DNA of 64,000 nt from Eledone cirrhosa (lineage: Eukaryota): positions 91,388,001 through 91,452,000 of the forward strand of contig OZ024742.1 of assembly GCA_964016885.1 (NCBI GenBank). Direction: 5' to 3'. This document shows positions 28,060 through 41,142 of this stretch, piece by piece (position 1 is the first letter of the stretch; each line of letters starts with the position of its first letter). A program made the translations under genes and the position numbers. The notes beneath the pieces are model-generated. The model saw only the letters and a list, made by a program, of their open reading frames with translations, had not been told where the DNA came from and ran no database searches.

Positions 28060-28107
28060 TACATATACAAATACATATGTATTTATAAATATTTGTGTGT
28101 GTGTGTA

Positions 28108-28170
<63 letters not shown>

Positions 28171-28213
28171 GTATATATAAATATGTATTTATATATATAT
28201 ATATATATGTATA

Positions 28214-28261
<48 letters not shown>

Positions 28262-28329
28262 TTATTAATATGTATATATATATATAAATATGTATTTGTG
28301 TGTATATAAATATATATATATATATATCA

Positions 28330-28389
<60 letters not shown>

Positions 28390-28456
28390 GTATATATACA
28401 CAAATACATATTTATATATATATATATCAATATGTATATATATATATATAAATATG

Positions 28457-28518
<62 letters not shown>

Positions 28519-28730
28519 TGTATGTATGTATATATATACACACACACACATATGTATATATATATATAAATATGTATATATGTATATATATATTTATATG
28601 TGTATATATACACATGTATATATATATATATGTGTGTGTGTGCATATATCTCCATGTATGTGTTAATTACATTTTTATATACATTATCTCCATGTATGTG
28701 TTAATTACATTTTTATATACATATACATGC

Positions 28731-28774
<44 letters not shown>

Positions 28775-28906
28775 GCATGTATATGTATATAAAAATGTAA
28801 TTAACACATATATATAGATATATGCACACACATGTATATAATGTATGTATACGTATTTATAAATGTGGTTATAAATATAAGAATATGTATGTGTACACAC
28901 GTCTAT

Positions 28907-28947
<41 letters not shown>

Positions 28948-28953
28948 CGTATA

Positions 28954-28991
<38 letters not shown>

Positions 28992-28996
28992 GTATA

Positions 28997-29046
<50 letters not shown>

Positions 29047-29051
29047 GTATA

Positions 29052-29095
<44 letters not shown>
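28060..29095. repeat. Compound (TA)n microsatellite field containing a 116-bp palindrome
   Basis: Interrupted (TA)n; 28695-28810 is self-complementary. Confidence 0.85.
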
Positions 29096-29097
<2 letters not shown>

Positions 29098-29397
29098 ACT
29101 TCATTAACTTATTGCCCTCGAAATAAAAGAGAACTATTGAGGAGGTAGAATGTTTGTTTTTTTTTGTCCCCCCCCCCCCGTCCTCCTTCCACCCCCTCCC
29201 CCACTTTCCATCTCATTCACGTGTTCTCATTATCTTTCATCTTTTTTTCCTCCCCCAACTTAATCTTGTCCCCCTCCTACCAACCCTCTGTTTTCATTAA
29301 CTCGCATTTGCAATATTTTATCAACCAATCGTTATCGCCGCCATCCCCGCTATCGTTCCACATCGCCACCACAATCACCACCATCGAAATCAACGCT

Positions 29398-29452
<55 letters not shown>

Positions 29453-30180
29453 CCATCTTCATCATCACCATCGTAATCATTACCATCGTCATCATCATTA
29501 TCATTTTTGTCACTCATCCTCACTGCCATCACGATATTATTGGAAACAAGAGCGGTGGATGATAAAATCGGTGGAGCATCGAAGAATACGCATTGCGTTA
29601 TTTAGTTACACCCCTTATGCTCGGAGTTCAAATTACACCGAGTAAACTTTGTTTCACATCCTACTGTGATCGATAAATTTAAGTACTGGTAATGTATTGA
29701 ATATCGATTTATTGCTCCACCTCTAAAACCACCTCTGCTGTCTAGGCTACATTCTATACTCTATAAACGCAGGCATGACTGAGTGATTAAGAAGTTCGTT
29801 ATGCGATTATGAGGTACCGGGTTTGATCATTTTGCGTGGCATCTTAGGCGAGTTTCTTTACCAGAGAGCTGGGACTACGTACGCCTTGGGGAGACGGAAG
29901 CTGTGTAGAAGTCCATCAGACGAATTGTACTTGGAATTCAAAGTTCTAGCTATGTCACATATTGTGTTCGGCTGATTCGGGTTGGAAATTATTCTAAAAG
30001 TACAGGTGTCCGCATATTCGCCAGATCGGACAATTGAATGTTCATTGTCGAAATCGACGGAAGATCCATCATTCTATACTTTAACTTAACTCCTAGAAGT
30101 GATCTCTGTGTTAATATTGAATCTATAGTTCTCACTACTCACCTCTCGTCTTCATCAACCATAATAATGCAGCACATATG

Positions 30181-30270
<90 letters not shown>

Positions 30271-30599
30271 TGTATCTCTTTGCAATGTACATAGACGCAA
30301 TGCATTTCTTATATCAGTCATGATGGTAGAGTAAGAAGTTCTCTTTCCAGTCTTAGGGCATGGGTCTAATCTCTACATTTGTACTTGTAAAAAGTTATTT
30401 CTCCAAACATACTCATACATTTAATCCTGTATGTTACTTGTATATACATACTGAACATATATGTAATTACACTTTTAAAATGATTTATTAAAATATCATT
30501 TCTATTTTTAATTAGTTCCACGAATCAGTAATCAATATAAATTAATTTGGTTTCTCTTCGCAAACCATTAATTTATCAAAAGAGAAATTTCTAAGTTCT

Positions 30600-30860
30600 T
30601 TGATATATATATAGCATACTAATGTCGGACTCCAACATTTAAGTACGTCATTATTGACTGGAGAGTTAGTCTCAATAAGAATAGCTTCCTGTTAGTCTAA
30701 CTAAAATACTTTGCTCCTGGTTACTTTCGATTGCTCTGCTACCTTAATTGCTCTCCAAACTTTTAAAAACGCCAATGATTGTTCAAATATAATTGATGTT
30801 GCTTTAAAGACAACATTCTCGCCTCACATGTCACCTGGATCATCGTCACTGGCGAAGGAG
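30600..30860 (-). mobile_element. Possible R4/Dong-like LINE relic
   Basis: IQVTCEARMLSLKQH resembles the post-GGRGL segment of R4 ORFs; very degenerate. Confidence 0.35.
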
Positions 30861-32313
30861 ACACTGGATGACATTGTTCTCGCATTACTTTTAAACAGTG
30901 CAGTCTCAGATTTAGAAAACAGAGTTTATTTTTTCTAAAAACGCCTTTAATTAGAATACCCAACCAGAATGTTCTGAAGCCCTCTCCTCTCCCCAAAAGT
31001 ACCGAAGCCTGCCGATTGGCCTGCATCTCACTCGTACTAGGTACAATAATCTTTTGGGTTTCTCGTACTTATCGCACACAGATGAACGTAGCGTTGAGGC
31101 CGAATAATTTTCTATTTTCAACTGTTTGCAACAATTAGTAATAACATTTACTAATGCAATGGCGGCGAATTGATAGAGTCGTTAGAACATCGAATATTCT
31201 GCGTTGTGGTATAAGTTCCAGCTCTACGATTTGAGTCCAAATCCGACCAAGATTAACTTTACCTTTCATCCTTTCGATGTCGATAAAAAGTATTAGTATT
31301 GTGGTCGATTCGTCCTCTATGTCTCTTTCTCATTTCTTCTTTATCACTTTCTCCTTCTCTTGGGAAAATCGGCTGTGCTCAGACCTGGAAAGGAATGGGC
31401 TCCGCCCGTACGACTCCATCAGTAGTTACGCGTGCATGCATGCATGCATACATACATACATACATGGATGCATGCATACATACATACATGGATGCATGCA
31501 TACATACATTGATGCACGCTTGCATACATACATACGTACATACACACACACATATATACCTACCTACCTACCTACCTACCTACCTACCTACCTACCTACC
31601 TACCTACCTACATACATACATACATACATACATACATACATACATACATACATACATACATACATACATACATACATACATACTTAATGGCTTGTCAACG
31701 ACTATTAAGATTATTACAAATGCTAGAACTATCATCTCATCTCTCTTATCTTTCGGATTAATAACTTTTTCGCAAATCACACCAAGTTTCTAATCCAAGC
31801 ATAAAACTGTAGAGATCATGTTCTGATGTACCTACCTACTACTACTACTACTACTCCTACTCCTACTACTACTCCTACTACTATATGTTATCTAGAACTA
31901 ACGAGAGAGCTTCTACATTATCGCTCCGCTAGAAATCTCAACCAGATCAACTCTAAATTTCACCCTACTATATAAGTTAAGGAAGGACGTTGGTTAACAT
32001 TGGCAACTGCAGTTCTTCCACAATAAACACCATATCCAGTCTTGCACATTGGAAAAGAACTTTCCAGGTGCAAATATATGGTCAGTCATGACCGAACTGT
32101 GCCCTTTATTTCTTTAATGGTTTATCATTTATATCATCTATATACACGACCTCGAGCAGCAAACAAGCAGAATCGCTAGAGCGTCGGATAGAACGCTTTG
32201 CGGTATTTGTTGAGGCTTTATCAATTCTAAGTTTAAATCCCGCCAAGATGAACTTAGCCTTTGATCCATTCGAAGTCGATACATAGATTATCATTCAAGT
32301 ACTAGAGCGCATT

Positions 32314-32418
<105 letters not shown>

Positions 32419-32441
32419 CTCACACACACACACACACACCT

Positions 32442-32477
<36 letters not shown>

Positions 32478-32554
32478 CTCTCTCACTCACACTCTCTTTC
32501 TCACACAAACTCACACACACACACTCTCTCTCTCTCACACACACACACACACAT

Positions 32555-32635
<81 letters not shown>

Positions 32636-32969
32636 TACACTATTTCATTCTCTCTCTCCACCCCCTCTCTCAGGAAGAAAGCGGCTGTGTTCAAACATGG
32701 AAAATGATGGGACCAGCTAGTTTTACGCCCCTGGTGGGTTTACGCCAAGACACACCGCTGATTTTTACAATGGCACCTCTATCACTCCCTCGAGATTTAA
32801 AGGCCCGTGTCAGTAAAATAAAGGGCATCAGTTTTAATTCATAGGCAATGTACCGTTACTATGACAACTGTTTTTTTAATGTTACCATACCAACTGTTGT
32901 TACTTTCGGTATTCCACACATAAAACTGGATGAATGGGAAACGAACGCTCAGATAGACAGGAGGGACAT

Positions 32970-33024
<55 letters not shown>

Positions 33025-33058
33025 AGAGATGGAAAAAAGTTATTGTCATTAATGTAAA

Positions 33059-33108
<50 letters not shown>

Positions 33109-33659
33109 TATATTATATTAGATTTGTGTCTTTGTGAATATATGTATGTGTGTATGTGTATGAAAAAAAGAGGGTGAGAGAAAAAAGAGAAAGAGAATGT
33201 AATGGGGAGGCGTATGGGAGGTGGTACAGAACTGAACGATGTGGTGTTGGGAGATAAAGAATACACAACACAGACAGAACATATACATACACACACACAC
33301 ACACACACACAAACATACACACAGAACACACACATACACACACACGTGTTTAAACTCACGTACACACGCATCACGGTTGATTAGACTGCCGTTCCATTTG
33401 GTTTATTGCCATTCCGAAGAGCCAAACTCTGCGAGAGCTAAAGAATCCCTCACCTTCACCACCATATACCAACACCCCACCCCTACTGCAATACAACCAC
33501 CAAACCAAACGCCATCGCCACCGCTGTCAACACCAGCACAACCATCAGAAAAGCTAACATCACAACCATCACAACCACCACTACCACCAGCAGCAACGCC
33601 ACCACCACTAATTCTATCACAACTACTACCACCATCACGACCACCACCACCACCACAAT

Positions 33660-36575
33660 CACCATTATAAAGACTTCCTCCACCACCACCACTACTATCA
33701 CCACAACTACCACAACCACCACCACCACCACCACCACCACCTACAACAACAACACCATACCAACACCACCAACAACAACACCACTACCAACACCAACACC
33801 ACTATACCAGCACCAGCAACACCAACACCACCAAACCACCAACACCACCAAACCACCAACACCACCACCACCACCACCACCACACCCATCCACCACCAAC
33901 ACCAACACCACCATACCAGCACCACCACACCCATCTACCACCAACACCACCACCAACACCACCACACACATCCACCACCAACACCACCAAACCACCAACA
34001 CCACCACCACCACCACACATCCACCACCAACACCAACACCACCATACCAGCACCACCACACACATCCACCACCAACACCACCAAACCACCAACACCACCA
34101 AACCACCAACACCACCACCACCACCACCACCACACATCCACCACCAACACCAACACCACCATACCACCACCACCACACACATCCACCACCAACACCAACA
34201 CCAGCACCACCACACACATCCACAACCAACACCAACACCACCATACCAGCACCACCACACACATCCACCACCAACACCACCAAACCACCAACACCACCAC
34301 CACCACCACCACACACATCGACCACCAACACCAACACCAACACCACCATACCAGCACCACCACACACATCCACCACCAACACCACCAAACCACCAACAGC
34401 ACCAACACCACCACCACCACCACCACCACACACATCCACCACCAACACCAACACCAGCACCACCACACACATCGACCACCAACACCAACACCAACACCAC
34501 CATACCAGCACCACCACACACATCCACCACCACACCACCAAACCACCACCAACAGCACCAACACCACCACCACCACCACCACCACACACATCCACCACCA
34601 ACACCAACACCACCATACCAGCACCACCACACACATCCACCACCAACACCACCAAACACCAACACCACCAAACCACCAACACCACCACCACCACCACCAC
34701 CACACATCCACCACCAACACCAACACCACCATACCACCACCACCACACACATCCACCACCAACACCAACACCAGCACCACCACACACATCCACAACCAAC
34801 ACCAACACCACCATACCAGCACCACCACACACATCCACCACCAACACCACCAAACCACCAACACCACCACCACCACCACCACACATCGACCACCAACACC
34901 AACACCAACACCACCATACCAGCACCACCACACACATCCACCACCAACACCACCAAACCACCAACAGCACCAACACCACCACCAACACCAACACCAACAC
35001 CACCATACCAGCACCACCACACACATCCACCACCAACACCACCAAACCACCAACAGCACCAACACCACCACCACCACCACCACCACACACATCCACCACC
35101 AACACCAACACCAGCACCACCATACCAGCACCACCACACACATCCACCACCAACACCACCAAACCACCAACAGCACCAACACCACCACCACCACCACCAC
35201 CACACACATCCACCACCAACACCAACACCAGCACCACCATACCAGCACCACCACACACATCCACCACCAACACCACCAAACCACCAACACCACCACCACC
35301 ACCACCACACACATCGACCACCAACACCAACACCAACACCACCATACCAGCACCACCACACACATCCACCACCAACACCACCAAACCACCAACAGCACCA
35401 ACACCACCACCACCACCACCACCACACACATCCACCACCAACACCAACACCAGCACCACCATACCAGCACCACCACACACATCCACCACCAACACCACCA
35501 AACCACCAACAGCACCAACACCACCACCACCCACCACCACCACACACATCCACCACCAACACCAACACCAGCACCACCATACCAGCACCACCACACACAT
35601 CCACCACCAACACCACCAAACCACCAACACCACCACCACCACCACCACCACATCGACCACCAACACCAACACCAACACCACCATACCAGCACCACCACAC
35701 ACATCCACCACCAACACCACCAAACCACCAACAGCACCAACACCACCACCACCACCACCACCACACACATCCACCACCAACACCAACACCAGCACCACCA
35801 TACCAGCACCACCACACACATCCACAACCAACACCAACACCACCATACCAGCACCACCACACACATCCACCACCAACACCACCAAACCACCAACACCACC
35901 AAACCACCAACACCAACATCACCACCACCATACCAGCACCACCAACACCAACACCACCATGCCAGCACCACCAACACCAACACCAACACCACCATACCAG
36001 CACCACCACACCCATCCACCACCAACATCACCACCACCATACCAGCACCACCAACACCAACACCACCATGCCAGCACCACCAACACCAACACCACACCAC
36101 CATACCAGCACCACCACACCCATCCACCACCAACATCACCACCAACACCACCATACCAGCACCACCACACACATCCACCACCAACACCACCAAACCACCA
36201 ACACCACCACCAGCACCACACACACATCCACCACCAACATCACCACCAACACCACCATACCAGCACCACCACACACATCCACCACCAACACCAACACCAC
36301 CATACCAACACCACCACACCCATCCACCACCAACATCACCACCAACACCACCATACCAGCACCACCACACACATCCACCAACACCACCAAACCACCAACA
36401 CCACCACCGCCACACATATCCACCACCAACACCACCACCAACACCACCATACCAGCACCACCACACCCATCCACCACCAACACCAACACCACCATACCAG
36501 CACCACCACACCCACCCACCACCAACACCACCAACACCACCACAACCACTACCACCACCACCACTACCACCACTA
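33660..36575. repeat. ~2.9-kb (CCA)n-derived complex satellite
   Basis: Recurrent subunits caccaccataccagcaccaccacacacatccaccaccaac and caccaccaaaccaccaacagcaccaa; local higher-order period of about 117 nt near 35.0-35.3 kb. Confidence 0.95.
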
Positions 36576-36924
36576 TTAATGAAATATTCGACATAAAGTA
36601 AGAAGTTGGCCCAGTTGCGGTGCGTTTCTTTTGATATAAATTTTTCATTCATTTTTATCTCTTTGTAGATAAAATGACTTTCATTGCCTCCTGCTATCCT
36701 CACTTCTCCCCCACCCCACGTCATTTCATTTTCTCTCTGTGTACCTGCCTGTCTCTCATTGTCTTTCTCTTTCAGTCACACTTTCATTTCTCCTTACTTT
36801 TCTCTCTTCTTTCTCTCTCCATCACTTATCTTCTATCTCCCTTATTTTATTAATCAATCCGAAGTTGTTACCGTGTTGAGTCAGGTGGAAAAATATGTAA
36901 AAGCTGAAATAAAGGTTGATGAAG

Positions 36925-36994
36925 AGAGAGAGAGAGAGAGAGCGAGGGGAGGGAGCTTAAGGGGAGAAAGAGGGGAGAGCGAGTCGGAGCTTCT

Positions 36995-37052
<58 letters not shown>

Positions 37053-37099
37053 GGGAGGGAGCTTAAGGGAGAAAGAGGGGAGAGCGAGTCGGAGCTTCT

Positions 37100-37161
<62 letters not shown>

Positions 37162-37280
37162 GGGAGGGAGCTTAAGGAGAGAAAGAGGGGAGAGCGAGTC
37201 GGAACTTCTGAAGAGAGAGAGAGAGAGAGAGGGGAGGGAGCTTAAGGAGAGAAAGAGGGGGAGAGCGAGTCGGAGCTTCT

Positions 37281-37323
<43 letters not shown>

Positions 37324-37394
37324 AGGGGGGGGAGAGAGCGAGAGAGGGGAGGGAGCTTAAGGGGAGAAAGAGGGGAGAGCGAGTCGGAGCTCCT

Positions 37395-37462
<68 letters not shown>

Positions 37463-37512
37463 GGGAGGGAGCTTAAGGGGAGAAAGAGGGGAGAGCGAGT
37501 CGGAGCTTCTGA

Positions 37513-37548
<36 letters not shown>

Positions 37549-37606
37549 AGCGAGAGAGGGGAGGGAGCTTAAGGAGAGAAAGAGGGGAGAGCGAGTCGGA
37601 GCTTCT

Positions 37607-37652
<46 letters not shown>

Positions 37653-37710
37653 AGCGAGAGAGGGGAGGGAGCTTAAGGGGAGAAAGAGGGGAGAGCGAGT
37701 CGGAGCTTCT

Positions 37711-37784
<74 letters not shown>

Positions 37785-37832
37785 GGGAGGGAGCTTAAGG
37801 GGAGAAAGAGGGGAGAGCGAGTCGGAGCTTCT

Positions 37833-37890
<58 letters not shown>

Positions 37891-37937
37891 GGGAGGGAGC
37901 TTAAGGGGAGAAAGAGGGAGAGCGAGTCGGAGCTTCT

Positions 37938-38003
<66 letters not shown>

Positions 38004-38220
38004 GGGAGGGAGCTTAAGGAGAGAAAGAGGGGAGAGCGAGTCGGAACTTCTGAAGAGAGAGAGAGAGAGAGAGGGGAGGGAGCTTAAGGAGAGAAAGAGG
38101 GGAGAGCGAGTCGGAGCTTCTGAAGAGAGAGAGAGAGAGAGGGGGGGGGAGGAGCTTAAGGAGAGAAAGAGGGGAGAGCGAGTCGGAACTTCTGAAGAGA
38201 GAGAGAGAGAGTGAGAGAGA
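36925..38220. repeat. Polypurine minisatellite: 13 conserved cores separated by variable (GA)n
   Basis: Core ggagggagcttaagg(g/a)gagaaagaggggagagcgagtcgga(g/a)cttctgaa counted 13 times. Confidence 0.95.
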
Positions 38221-38755
38221 TAAAGCGATAGCTTCCATCCAGTGAGAAAGAGAGAGAAAGTGTGAGAGGCCAGTAAGCTTTTGGGGAGAGAGCATGTGAG
38301 AGAGAGCTCTGGGGGAGAGACAGAGGGAGAGGGTGAGAGCGGGAAAGAGAAACCTTTAGGGGCGAGAGAAGAGAGAATGAAGTAGTGGGGGGGGGGGAGA
38401 AAACAAAGAGTGGAAGAGAGACTGGGAGAAAGAGATTATAACATTACAGGTTGACGCCAGTTATAGCAGCATTACCAGCAGCACTATCACCATCATCATC
38501 AGAAGTAGTCCACGATCATTAACACTATGTATGTATTGTATATATATATATAAGTATGTACACGTACATACATATATGTATACAGACGTACAGTAGTATG
38601 TATATATATATACATACATGCACACATATATATATGTACGTATGGATTCACCGAACATTTATTATAATGCTCGGTGTGTTTGTAAACAAACATCCCGTAT
38701 TAAGCCGTAGTGTCCAGCAACCATCGTTGCTCGTTTGTTCAACACTGACAAAGGA

Positions 38756-38798
38756 ACGCTGTACTAGTTTCAAGCTTATTAGCTATCGTCAGCAACGT
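38756..38798 (-). ncRNA. Type I minimal hammerhead ribozyme (family 2, intact)
   Basis: Exact reverse complement of 39015-39057. Confidence 0.85.
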
Positions 38799-39014
38799 AT
38801 ACCTTCCTGCCAGATTGTTGAACGTATATACTTACCTTATGCATATTAACGGCTGAGTGGCCCAATTTGCATATCGAGTGGGTTAATCGGCCGGGTGCAC
38901 CGAAAACGATAAACGGAAAAAATGAAACAAAATTTCATTTCCCACTCTTATGAAACTCAGCCGTTAATATGCATAAGGTAAGTATATACGTTCAACAATC
39001 TGGCAGGAAGGTAT

Positions 39015-39057
39015 ACGTTGCTGACGATAGCTAATAAGCTTGAAACTAGTACAGCGT
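39015..39057 (+). ncRNA. Type I minimal hammerhead ribozyme (family 2, intact)
   Basis: acgttg CTGACGA t agct-aata-agct t GAAA ctag TA cagcgt. Confidence 0.88.
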
Positions 39058-39373
39058 TCCTTTGTCAGTGTTGAACAAACGAGCAACGATGGTTGCTGGA
39101 CACTACGGCTTAATACGGGATGTTTGTTTACAAACACACCGAGCATTATAATAAATGTTCGGTGGATCCATACGTACATATATATATGTGTGCATGTATG
39201 TATATATATACATACTACTGTACGTCTGTATACATATATGTATGTACGTGTACATACTTATATTTAAGTAACAGCCGTACTAAGAGTGGGAAATGAAATT
39301 TCGTTTCATTTTATCCGTTTATATATATATACAATATATTAACAAATGGAAACTATATTTATAAAACCATATT

Positions 39374-39439
39374 TATTTCATTATACATATTTCAAGGGCC
39401 ACCAAGGTAAACTATGGTGCGCTTTCATCAGATAAAATA
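39374..39439 (-). ncRNA. Type I hammerhead ribozyme (family 3)
   Basis: Antisense arm copy with CTGATGA core. Confidence 0.75.
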
Positions 39440-39587
39440 TAATATAGGTTATTTTATAAATAAATATTGACATACCCTTAAAAAATGCAACCATTCTACA
39501 ACTATCCAGGAGATTCCAACCAGAATGGTTGCATTTTTTAAGGGTATGTCAATATTTATTTATAAAACTAACCTATATTATATATTA

Positions 39588-39653
39588 TATTTTATCTGAC
39601 GAAAGCGCACCATAGTTTACCTTGGTGGCCCTTGAAATATGTATAATGAAATA
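39588..39653 (+). ncRNA. Type I hammerhead ribozyme (family 3)
   Basis: tattttat CTGACGA aagcgcacca-tagtttacct-tggtggccctt GAAA tatgta TA atgaaata; 8-bp stem I. Confidence 0.78.
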
Positions 39654-39772
39654 AATATAGTTTTATAAATATAGTTTCCATTTGTATATTTACTTCAATA
39701 ATTAGTTCAGTGCTTTATATCAGTTATAAAAATATTTTGCTTGTTGTATCCCAACAAATTAAATATAACCTC

Positions 39773-40117
<345 letters not shown>

Positions 40118-40124
40118 ATTATAT

Positions 40125-40183
<59 letters not shown>

Positions 40184-40461
40184 GTATGTATGCATATATA
40201 TGTGTGTGTGTGTGTATGTATGTATATGTGTGTGTATGTATGTGTGCATGTATATGTGTGTATGTATTTATTTATGAATGTATTTATGTATGAATGTATT
40301 TATGTATGTATGTATATATGTATGTATGTATCTATGTATGTATGTATGAATATGTATGTATGTATGTAAGTATGTATGTATGTATGTATGTATGTATGTA
40401 TGTATGTATGTATGTATGTATGTATGTATGTATGTATGTATCTATGTATGTATGTATGAAT

Positions 40462-41071
40462 GTCAGGTCACCAGTTGGTGCTACTGGTAACATGTATTCC
40501 AGTACAACCTGTCCCATGGTCGGGTCGTTGGCGACTAAACTGGCAACCCCACCAAGGTTTCTTGGTGAGGAGGGTGTGACTTTGGACATCCTGCAGGACT
40601 AAAAACAAAACCTGTCAAAGGGCAAAGGAGCTCTTAAGAGTCAATGGCTATCCAAAATCACCGGGAGAGATGACCCCTTAGCCTTTGTCAAGGCAGAATT
40701 CTAGGAGAAGGAAAACTCTGATATAACACCTGCAACTCTGATGGTATCCAATGATGTTGACTTGTTCTTCTTTTTGGTAAATATCATCTTGTTTAAGAGA
40801 GTGGGACTGGCTTTGTGCAGTGCCTTTGCTCACTATAAAAGCTTCACAGCACAGGCATTGCTTTATATCTGGAGATCTCTCTGCACTTGTCGTCACATGG
40901 TACCATGGGCCCAGCACTATGTGTCAAAAATTGTCACAAGTGTAGTGTTTGTACCAGAGTTTTCAAGTCGCTGGCTGGACTAAAAAGTCACACTCGTTCA
41001 GCGCATCGGTAGGAGTTCTCCTACATGGATATAAAGTAGTGGCCGTACTCGAAAACGAGTTAGCAGCCACC
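40462..41071 (+). mobile_element. ~610-bp non-autonomous RTE derivative (copy 2)
   Basis: Leader joined to an ORF end encoding CSVCTRVFKSLAGLKSHTRSAHR* (40941-41012), a 3' hairpin ctcg-aaaa-cgag and an (ATGT)n tail. Confidence 0.8.
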
Positions 41072-41110
41072 ATGTATGTATGTATGTATGTATGTATGTA
41101 TGTATGTATG

Positions 41111-41142
<32 letters not shown>

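Larger units (their letters stand above)
38548..39320. mobile_element. Family 2 element, near-perfect 310-bp fold-back with circularly permuted ~418-nt monomer
   Basis: Arms 38548-38858 / 38955-39263; the spacer holds an inverted copy (38911-38950) of the terminal segment 39281-39320. Confidence 0.9.
39342..39685. mobile_element. Family 3 AT-rich hammerhead element, fold-back
   Basis: Arms 39342-39497 / 39522-39685; homologous to 61950-62135. Confidence 0.85.

Noticed and set aside
33741-36724. 714-929 aa ORFs on the minus strand
   Set aside because: They are translations of a GGT/TGG satellite that lacks stop codons in all three frames; the repeat phase shifts between frames.
36925-38220. 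CRISPR-like repeat/spacer pattern, and CTGAAGA...GAAA...GTC hammerhead-like words in each unit
   Set aside because: The spacers are just (GA)n, there are no cas genes and the context is eukaryotic. The would-be stems II and III are nearly all purine and cannot pair.
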